Notes: a model not told the origin generated them from the letters alone. DNA of 10,988 nucleotides from Octopus sinensis (GCF_006345805.1 NW_021827277.1:1-10988), one strand, 5' to 3'; shown: positions 1 through 7,107, counted from the stretch's first letter. Numbers and translations: made by a program.

Positions 1-85
1 ATCCTTCTCTCTCTCTCTCCATCCTTCTCTCTCTCCTCTCTCTCTCCATCCTTCTCTCTCTCTCTCCATCCTTCTCTCTCTCTTC
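1..85 (+). repeat. Short minisatellite, unit atccttc(tc)n-cc, 4 copies (may continue beyond the window edge)
   Basis: atccttctct recurs at 1, 21, 48 and 68 (spacings 20, 27, 20). Confidence 0.85.
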
Positions 86-529
86 CCGTGTTTTCCTTTA
101 TTCTTCTCTCTTCCTCTATTTCCACACATTTCTCTCGACTAATCTTTCTCTCTGTCCCTCTATCTCCCTCTCTAACTCTCTCTCTGCGCTCCCCTCATTT
201 TATCTCTCTCTTTCACTCTCCCTCTCTTTCTCCCCCTATCTCTGTCTGTCTGTCTGTCAGTCTGTCTGCCTGCCACTCTGTTTATCTCTCTGTTTGTTTG
301 TGACCCTTTCTCCCTATAGTCTCTCTCCCTATATATTTCTCGTATCTCTTTCTTTCCCTCTCTCTTCCACTCTTCCTCTCTTTCGTCTCTCTCTCTCTGA
401 CTGTCTGTCTGCCCCCTCTCACTCTCACTTTCCTGTTTTCCTTTATTTCTCTCTCTTCCTCTATATCTTCACGCTGTGTTCCTTTGCTTATTTCTATCTC
501 ACACTTGTCCTCTCTCGCTCTCTCTCTCT

Positions 530-1120
530 CTTTCTGCCCCTCACAAACTTCCTCCACCATTCCCCTCTTTCCCTTTCTCTCTCAATCGCTATCATTCCAT
601 CACTGTCTCTGTCTGTCTGTCTCTCTGTCTGTCCGTCTGTTTGTCTGTCCCTTTCTCCATTTCGTCTCACTTCACATATATTCTCTCTCTCTTCCTCCTT
701 TCCTCTCTCTCTCTTTCTGTCTGTCAGTCAACCTATCTTTCCCTCTGTCTCTGTCCCTTTCTATCTAATTTCTCACTCACTATATACTTTCTCTCTCTCT
801 CTCTCTGTTTCTGCCCCTCACATACTTCCTCCACCATTCCCTCTCTCTCCCTTTCCCTCTCACTCGCTCTCGTTCAATCACTGTCTCTGTCTTCTTCTGT
901 TAGTCAGTCTGTCTGTCTGTCTGTCTCTCTCTCTGTCCATCTGTTTCTCTGTCAGTCTGTCTCTTTCTCCCTTTTGTCTCACTTCATATACATTCTCTCT
1001 CTTTCTTCTTCCCTTCCTCCTTTCTTCTCTCTCTTTCTGTTTGTTTGTCAGTCAGCCTATCTTTCCCCCTGTCTCTGTCCCTTTCTCTCTAATTCTCACA
1101 CACTATATATTTTCTCTCTT
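530..1120 (+). repeat. Old diverged tandem duplication (~280-320 bp unit, 2 copies) inside the CT tract
   Basis: ctgcccctcaca.acttcctccaccattccc occurs at 534 and 811. gtcagtca.cctatctttccc.ctgtctctgtccctttct occurs at 723 and 1047. Confidence 0.8.
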
Positions 1121-1895
1121 TCTCTCTCTCGCTCTCTCTCCCCTTCTCCCTCTCTGTCTCTTTATTTTCTCTCTCCTACTTCCACATCTCGCTCTCTGTG
1201 TTTCTTTGCTTATTTTTCTCTCACACACGTTGTCTCAATCTTTCTTACATTATCTCTCCCCCTCTCTCTCTATTACTCTCTCACCCTTAGTACTCCTACC
1301 CCTCTCTTTCTCTCTCTCGCTCTCTCTCCCCTTCTCCCTCTCTGTCTCTTTATTTTCTCTCTCCTACTTCCACATCTCGCTCTCTGTGTTTCTTTGCTTA
1401 TTTTTCTCTCACACACGTTGTCTCAATCTTTCTTACATTATCTCTCCCCCTCTCTCTCTATTACTCTCTCACCCTTAGTACTCCTACCCCTCTCTTTCTC
1501 TCTCTCGCTCTCTCTCCCCTTCTCCCTCTCTGTCTCTTTATTTTCTCTCTCCTACTTCCACATCTCGCTCTCTGTGTTTCTTTACTTATTTTTCTCACAC
1601 ACGTTGTCTCAATCTTTCTTACATTATCTCTCCCCCTCTCTCTCTATACTCTCTCATCTTCTCACCCTAGTAACTCCTACCCCTCTCTTTCTCTCTCTCG
1701 CTCTCTGCTCCCCCCTTCTCCCTCTCTGTCTCTTTTTTTCTCTCTCTCCTACTTTCCACACATCTCGCTCTCTGTTTTTCTTTGCTTATTTTTCTCTCAA
1801 CACACGTTTCTCAATCTTTCTTACATTATCTCTCCCCCTCTCTCTCTATTATCTCTTCACCCTTAGTACTCCTACCCCTCTCTTTCTCTGTCTCC
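1121..1895 (+). repeat. Tandem repeat, 188-bp unit, ~4 copies
   Basis: Unit starts (gctctct..) at 1131, 1319, 1507 and 1700. The marker agtactcctacc or a variant has its G at 1290, 1478, 1670 and 1866. Copies 1 and 2 read as identical; copies 3 and 4 carry increasing indels. Confidence 0.95.
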
Positions 1896-2077
1896 TCTCT
1901 CTCACTCCCCCTCTCTTACTCAGGCATCATAACAAAAGAACAACCACATAAATAGTCACCCTCTTACTACTTCCTCCGCGACTCATGCTGCTACTTCTGC
2001 TCCTGCTACTCCCGTAATGATAATAAAGATAAGAGTAAAATGATATTTCTCATATACAGCAACCACCACTAGTAACC

Positions 2078-2118
<41 letters not shown>
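2078..2118. repeat. (CTA)13 microsatellite
   Basis: Direct reading of a perfect cta run. Confidence 0.97.
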
Positions 2119-2119
<1 letters not shown>

Positions 2120-2188
2120 GTAAAAACTGACGAAATGCCGCTTAACATTTTGACCGGCGCGGTCAAAATGCTGCCTGCTCACTGCCTT
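2119..2188 (-). mobile_element. 5' (tRNA-related) head fragment of a SINE, truncated before the B box
   Basis: Minus strand reads aaggcagtgagcaggcag...ccggtcaaaatgttaagcggcatttcgtcagtttttacg. This resembles the head (aaggcggcgagctggcag...aaatgcttagcggcatttcgtc...tacg) of an abundant octopus SINE as I recall it; not database-verified. It is bounded by microsatellites on both sides. Confidence 0.6.
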
Positions 2189-2244
2189 AATAATAGCAAT
2201 GATGATAATAATAATAATAAGAAGAAGAAGAAGAAGAAGAAGAA
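2189..2244. repeat. Compound (TAA)5(GAA)8 microsatellite with a degenerate AAT lead-in
   Basis: (TAA)5 at 2206-2220 is directly followed by (GAA)8 at 2221-2244. Confidence 0.95.
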
Positions 2245-2526
2245 CATGCCTCCTCATTGATATGACTGTCCCAATCGACATAAACGTATCTGTCAAGACC
2301 TACCTACCAAAAACTGAGCAAATATAAAGATCTTGAAATAGAAATCACAGCAAAATGTGAAGCTGAAGACTAAAACAATACCTGTTGTCATAGGTGCCCT
2401 GGGATGATAGCAAAAGGGGCTGATAGCTACCTAACTCAGATACCAGGAAACCCAAAAATGGCAGAAGTTCAAAAGATAGTGCTCATGGGAACTGCTCATA
2501 TCCTACGCAAAATACTCTCTATGTAA
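2244..2526 (+). pseudogene. Frameshifted RLE (PD-(D/E)xK-type) endonuclease C-terminal coding remnant
   Basis: Frameshifts inferred at 2304-2307 (+4, ctac duplication), 2347-2348 (+2), ~2359 (-1) and ~2403 (-1). The last segment, 2404-2526, is uninterrupted to TAA. It is missing from the ORF track because it is fragmented. Confidence 0.85.
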
Positions 2527-2737
2527 CCTCAAGGTTTAAAACAACCATAATTTTCGGTTTAAAAAAAAAAAAAAAAAAACTTTTTTTTTTTAGACATTCA
2601 TTAGTTACAACATCCCCACCCCCCAAATATATGGCCACTAGGCATAACAACAACATGAACTTCCAACCCTGTGTCTCTTGAGGTCTCTGGGTGAGACTGG
2701 AGCCAACTTGTACAAATATAAAGCAAAAGTCAAACAT
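2244..2737 (+). mobile_element. 5'-truncated R4/Dong-clade non-LTR retrotransposon: C-terminal restriction-like endonuclease (RLE) remnant plus 3' UTR
   Basis: Repairing four frameshifts gives TCLLIDMTVPIDINVSVKTY/QKLSKYKDLEIEI/SKM(W)/KLKTKTIPVVIGAL(G)/MIAKGADSYLTQIPGNPKMAEVQKIVLMGTAHILRKILSM* (stop at 2524-2526). IDxxVP...KxxKYxDL...IPVVIGALG...GTAHILRK is the typical C-terminus of R4/Dong RLE ORFs. A ~210-nt 3' UTR ends in an AAT-like tract at 2738-2754. Confidence 0.85.
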
Positions 2738-2754
2738 AAATAATATAATATAAA

Positions 2755-3265
2755 TGACCTGATTCAGTACCAGGCAGTGGCTCTCGTGGCTTCTGATCTT
2801 AGCTGATTGGAAGTGTTATCATGTACATTGTTTTTTCTTGGTATAAAAGATGGGCTACAGCAAATATTCTGCTCAATACCACAGATTTGCTTGTCAGTTG
2901 TTTGACCGTAACCAGTTGAGCATGTCCCTTGGTGGCTGACGATATATGCATCTCTGATCACGAGCAGAAGTAGTGGGGGAGCATCATAGCCATGTGTTGA
3001 GAGGGATTCTTAGAGGTTTGGAGAATTCACCTTTGGAAACATCCTTATTCAGGGACCTTTTGAACGCAATGGGCTACTCGACCTGAAGAAAATTGCATTT
3101 GGGCCCCACCTGCAAGGTCATGTGCTGTTTATCTTGACATGAGATCACCATGTCGCACACATATGGTTGTGATGCATGCGCCTGGTGTCCCCTTATCAGG
3201 CGGGTAGTCATGATGGGTATACTGGGTTTCGTATATTTTACCCCGGTGTCACTGCAATCTCACTC
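2755..3265. mobile_element. Unclassified ~510-bp non-coding interspersed element bounded by AAT/TAA tracts
   Basis: High-complexity island, more GC-rich than its flanks, with sharp edges (aataatataaa|tgacctgattcagtacc ... ctcactc|aataatgataat) and no meaningful ORF. I recall a very similar sequence as a high-copy octopus repeat (unverified). Orientation is not determinable. Confidence 0.55.
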
Positions 3266-3280
3266 AATAATGATAATTAA

Positions 3281-3370
3281 TTTGTTTATTGGCCACAAAG
3301 GCTTACATAAAATTACATTAAAACACATACAACGATACAAAAGGTAAAAACAGGACGATACAATGGGTTT
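3281..3370 (-). mobile_element. Short orphan 3'-terminal fragment of a retroposon (AATAAA followed by an ATT-like tail on the minus strand)
   Basis: Minus strand ends ...gcctttgtggccaataaacaaattaattatcattatt. Its terminal ~30 nt align with the SINE 3' end at 3611-3645. Confidence 0.4.
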
Positions 3371-3396
3371 AATAATAATATAATAATAATTAATGA

Positions 3397-3436
<40 letters not shown>

Positions 3437-3467
3437 TGATATAATAATAATAATAATAATGATAATA

Positions 3468-3499
<32 letters not shown>

Positions 3500-3554
3500 T
3501 AATAATAATAATATTAATATGATGATATAATAAAAATAATAATAATAATATATA

Positions 3555-3604
<50 letters not shown>

Positions 3605-3610
3605 TAATAA
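3370..3610. repeat. (AAT)n microsatellite, ~240 bp, interrupted; forms the (ATT)n tail of the adjacent minus-strand SINE
   Basis: Direct reading. It is the source of the poly-I/Y/L pseudo-ORFs. Confidence 0.97.
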
Positions 3611-3752
3611 TTTGTTTCTTTATTACCCACAAGGGCTGAACATACAGGAGAAAGACAAGGGCAGACAAACGGTTTAAGTCGATTACATCGACCCCAGTGC
3701 GTAACTGGTACTTAATTTATCGACCCCGATAGGATGAAAGGCAAAGTCGACT
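3611..3752 (-). mobile_element. Body and 3' part of a SINE, head missing
   Basis: Minus strand reads gtcgactttgcctttcatcctatcggggtcgataaattaagtaccagttacgcactggggtcgatgtaatcgacttaaaccgtttgtctgccc...ttgtgggtaataaagaaacaa followed by (ATT)n. The gtcgac..gccttycatcct..cg.ggtcg.taaa...agtacc block is a central domain I recall from several metazoan SINEs. Family name not assigned. Confidence 0.75.
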
Positions 3753-3754
3753 TA

Positions 3755-3910
3755 GGACGAGGAAAATAGGACGAGACGTAGAAGAGTAGAACAGGAGGTT
3801 GATGAAGAGAGGGAGCAGAAGAAAAAGAAGAAAAAGAAGAAAGAGAAGAGAATAATAATAAGAAGAACAACAACCGCAACAACGAAAATAAAAACAATAA
3901 CAATAGCAAC
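3755..3910. repeat. Degenerate purine-rich (GAA)/(AAT)/(AAC) low-complexity tract
   Basis: Runs of gaagaaaaagaagaaa, aataataat and aacaacaac. Confidence 0.8.
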
Positions 3911-4049
3911 TAAAAACAGCAGGAATTTTGTTGATGGGGAATGTGATGTTGACGATAAAATCTTGGAGGAAAAGATGACAAAATTTAAGAGAGAATAGAA
4001 AAGGCTACAAAGAAGTGACGTCACGTCAAGAGAGGTAAAAGTTCGTTGA

Positions 4050-4498
4050 AAGGCAGTCATACACATATGCGCATGCGCATATATGTGCATACTAATATAC
4101 AAATATATTTGCATATGTGTGTGTATCTATATATCTATATATCTATATATGTATGTACATACTTATATACACATATAGAGATATTGACATTAACAGGCTC
4201 GTGCATGAGTACATACACATCTACATACATACATACGCACATAAATATAGACATACATGCATATATATATATATACATATATAATTTAAACATATCTATA
4301 AGTGTGTATGTATATATATCCACATATATACATATATATATATATGTAAATATATATATATAATATATTATATATATATGCATATATATATGTATATATG
4401 TTATATATATGTATATATATATATGTATGTATATATAATATATGCATATATATATAATATATGTAAATATATATAATACATATATATATATACATACA

Positions 4499-4531
<33 letters not shown>

Positions 4532-4534
4532 ATG

Positions 4535-4569
<35 letters not shown>

Positions 4570-4632
4570 ATATGTACGTTCGTATGTATGTATGTATTTA
4601 TGTTTGTATGTATGTATGTATATATGTATGTA
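4050..4632. repeat. Compound (AT)n/(ATAC)n/(GTAT)n/(GT)n microsatellite
   Basis: Direct reading. It is the source of the I/Y/C/V/M/H pseudo-ORFs in all frames. Confidence 0.96.
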
Positions 4633-4844
4633 TATTCCTTCACAGAGAAAGTAATCGTAGTAGAGTAGCTGCGTGTGAAAGAGAAACGAAAAGTGGATTT
4701 CGATTGATGGTTTACATCAAAATATTTTGTCAAAGCACACATCTTTAGGAACATACATACATATATACGTGTGCACTTCCGCATTGCTCACACGAACATA
4801 CCATTTCACAGAATTATATTCATAGAAGGAATACATTTGTTTGA

Positions 4845-4899
4845 TATATATATATGCAATATATAAATATGTATATCTATATATCCGTATCTACGTCTG

Positions 4900-4956
<57 letters not shown>

Positions 4957-5043
4957 ATTCCAACCTATCAATTTGTCTGTCTGCATGTCTGTTTATATAT
5001 CTGTCTATCTATCTTAGTCACTCTGACTCTCGGTCTCTCTGTT

Positions 5044-5098
<55 letters not shown>

Positions 5099-5100
5099 GT
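4845..5100. repeat. Compound (TA)n, (TCTA)14 [GATA on minus, 4900-4955] and (CT)24 [5047-5094] microsatellites
   Basis: Units counted directly from the sequence. Confidence 0.95.
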
Positions 5101-5109
5101 GTATTCATT

Positions 5110-5546
5110 CATTTATTTGTTTCAGTCATTTCACTGCAGACATGCTGGAGCAGTGACTTTAGTCTATCAAATCGACCCTAGTCTTTTTCTTTGCAATCCT
5201 AGCACTATCCTATCGTTTCTTTTGCCGGACCTCTAAGTTACATTGACGTAAACACACCAACATCGTCTGTCAAGCGATGATGGGGGTATAGACACAGAAA
5301 AACACACGCACACACACACCACACACACACACACACACACGCTCTTTCTCTCTCTCTCACACAAACACACATTGAGATACACGCACACACACACACATAT
5401 ATATATATATACAATGAGCTTCTTTTAGGTTTTGTCTACCAAATCCACTCACAAAACTTTGGACGGCCCGAGGCTTAGTAGAAGACACTTGTCCAATGTG
5501 CCACGCATTGGGACTGAACCCAGAACTCTGCTGAAGCAAGCTTCTT
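5110..5546 (-). mobile_element. tRNA-derived SINE (second family), 5'-truncated, carrying an internal (CA)/(CT)/(TA) microsatellite
   Basis: The minus strand has a B-box-like gggttcagtccc (5510-5521), then gcgtggcacattggacaagtgtcttctacta.gcctcgggccg.ccaaa...gtgagtggatttggtagac, a microsatellite at ~5300-5412, and a 3' block ending tgactgaaacaaataaat. The layout matches an octopus tRNA-SINE from recall (OK/OR-type families are described in octopus; exact family not assigned). The A box is absent. Confidence 0.72.
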
Positions 5547-5549
5547 TAT

Positions 5550-5845
5550 TTCATGAAAATTGGCCATAAAGACCAATATTGTTAGAATATGTTTGGTTTG
5601 TAAATGAGTCCGTTCCTTCATGTGTTCGATATTTGATTGGTTGAATACCCAGTTTGGTTCCTCTTTGTTCCTTTAGTTGTTTGCTCTCTCGATTGGTCCT
5701 TAATTTGGCTGGCCCTTTCGGTAGTTGGTCGATGGCTTGGTCGCTTGGTGCTCACGACGGACGGTTAGACAGTTAGCGCAGTTGGCGCATAATTTTTTGT
5801 TGGTTGGTTGTTTCATAAATTGGTTGCTTGGTCGTTTGTTTGCAG
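5550..5845. repeat. Highly degenerate (TTGG)n-like tract; resumes at ~6582-6650
   Basis: Recurrent ttgg/gttggttggttg motifs with a T/G-rich + strand. The same texture appears after the RTE tail (cagttggttggttggtcgttggg). Confidence 0.6.
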
Positions 5846-5854
5846 CTTATCAAC

Positions 5855-6113
5855 ATCAACATCACCATTATCACCGCAAGCACCATCATCACCTGTACTA
5901 CCACTACCATCACCACCACCAACAACAACAACCCTACCACTACCATCAACATCATCATCCCCAAGACGACAACCACAACCACCAACAACACCAGCACTAT
6001 CACCGCCTCCAGCACCACCTCTACCAACACCACCAATATCAACGCCACCAACGTCTCCAACACTACCATTAACACTACCGCAACCATTGTCGCGTCCTCA
6101 TACGAAATTACCA
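5855..6113 (+). repeat. Dispersed low-complexity (ACC/ATC/AAC) repeat, copy A (inverted relative to copy B)
   Basis: 6054-6113 matches the reverse complement of 10241-10300 at 56/60. 5942-5974 matches rc 10350-10383 with 1 mismatch and 1 indel. 5855-5875 matches rc 10450-10470 exactly. Confidence 0.85.
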
Positions 6114-6125
6114 TTAACACTTAGT

Positions 6126-6575
6126 TATTCAAACTTAAAAATCTTCAAAGCCACAGTCGAACCAATTCTCCTATATGCCTCGGAAACCTGGACGTTATCA
6201 AAGAAGCTTGAGAGGCAGTTGGATGGAACCTACACTCGCCTCCTTATGAGAGCTCAAAATCTCTCGTGGAAGCGTCATCCAACCAAAGTACAAATATATG
6301 GGTAACTACCACCTGTGTCATCTCTTGTGAAAGGTAGGAGAGTCCAGTTTGCTGGACATTGTTGTAAAGCTGAAAACTAGGTAATTTCTACTCTTCTCCT
6401 CTGGAAGCCATCTACTCGCGATACCAGAAGGCGCACACTCTCCTACACTGATGTAATCTCCAGGGATACAGGCATCCAGCAACAGGACCTCCGTAATGCT
6501 ATGATGGACCGTGAAGTCTGGCGTAACATGGTAAACTCCATTGCCTCGACCACGGTCGAGCAATGATGCTGATGA
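6126..6575 (+). mobile_element. 5'-truncated RTE/RTEX-type LINE 3' end (post-RT C-terminal region), pseudogenised
   Basis: One frame reads LKIFKATVEPILLYASETWTLSKKLERQLDGTYTRLLMRAQNLSWKRHPTKVQIYG*LPPVSSLVKGRRVQFAGHCCKAEN*VISTLLLWKPSTRDTRRRTLSYTDVISRDTGIQQQDLRNAMMDREVWRNMVNSIASTTVEQ*. Premature stops are at 6303-6305 and 6378-6380, and the terminal TGA is at 6564-6566. LLYxSETW, LDGTYTR, RRxxFAGHC and DRxxWR are RTE/RTEX-type motifs. Tail: tgatgctgatga. Confidence 0.88.
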
Positions 6576-7009
6576 AAGCTTGATTGTTACACGATTGGTG
6601 TTTCGTTGGTTCAATTCTTGCACCTTCAGTTGGTTGGTTGGTCGTTGGGTTAAAGAAGATCAAATGCATATTATAACAAAATGACAGAACATCTACAGAA
6701 ATCACTTGGAAGTACGAACGATGATAGTCAAGTAAATGTCAAATATATTTCAGGGATGACATAATCACAGCGAAGTTTAAACTGATACTTAAAAAAAAAT
6801 ACCAAAAAAGCAAAAAAACTAATTAACAATAGTAGCATAGCAACAAACACCAACATAGCAACAGAAACGGCAACATAAGTTGTATTTTATTTTAAGCTAA
6901 AAAATAATGAGGTATCTATTAATTCATGTGTGACTCCATTTTATGGCCAATTTATAGACAAAAGATTTCTTTGTCTTATTTTTTTTATATCTAATCATAA
7001 AATAATTAC

Positions 7010-7107
7010 ATATACGTATAACATATGTGTGTATGTACATATACATATACATATAATTATATGTATAAATATCTATTATCTTCTCTGTGTATATATATAT
7101 ATGTGTG

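Larger units (their letters stand above)
1..1915. repeat. Long (CT)n/(CTGT)n-derived polypyrimidine low-complexity tract
   Basis: The + strand is overwhelmingly C/T for ~1.9 kb, with runs of ctctct and ctgtctgt. It yields only S/L/F/P-rich (+) or E/R/K-rich (-) pseudo-ORFs. Confidence 0.97.

Noticed and set aside
1121-1895. CRISPR-like array (also considered for 8023-8256)
   Set aside because: The units are contiguous tandem copies with no unique spacers, there are no cas genes, and the context is eukaryotic.
88-1951. Long ORFs of 394 and 491 aa (and shorter ones) rich in S/L/F/P
   Set aside because: Translations of (CT)n and the 188-bp tandem. Pyrimidine-only sequence rarely contains stops, several frames are open at once, and there is no domain-like sequence.
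3190-3232. Hammerhead ribozyme on the minus strand (GAAA ... CTGATAAG)
   Set aside because: The core deviates from CUGANGA, and I could not form stem I or a credible stem III between the motifs.
2764-3347. 65-aa ORFs on either strand of the 510-bp element as transposase, GIY-YIG or RT fragments
   Set aside because: No catalytic or family motifs recognised in any frame examined.
3910-4045. Purine-rich stretch reading ECDVDDKILEEKMTKFKRE
   Set aside because: Very short, bounded by stops, and continuous with the neighbouring degenerate GAA tract.
4633-4748. Splice acceptor ttccttcacag (AG at 4644-4645) with peptide [21 protein letters not shown], or a 5-nt micro-exon before gtaatc
   Set aside because: Short tract, no convincing downstream donor for the longer exon, and no recognisable protein similarity.
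5550-5845. Interstitial telomeric repeat
   Set aside because: The motif is TTGG-like rather than TTAGGG/TTAGG, and it is too degenerate to assign.
5808-6125. N-terminal P/T/S-rich part of the 165-aa ORF as a mucin-like or host-gene fusion to the RTE peptide
   Set aside because: It is the translation of low-complexity copy A, starts at TTG in a TTGG tract, and the RTE part ends at a premature stop. A chance in-frame junction is the simplest explanation.
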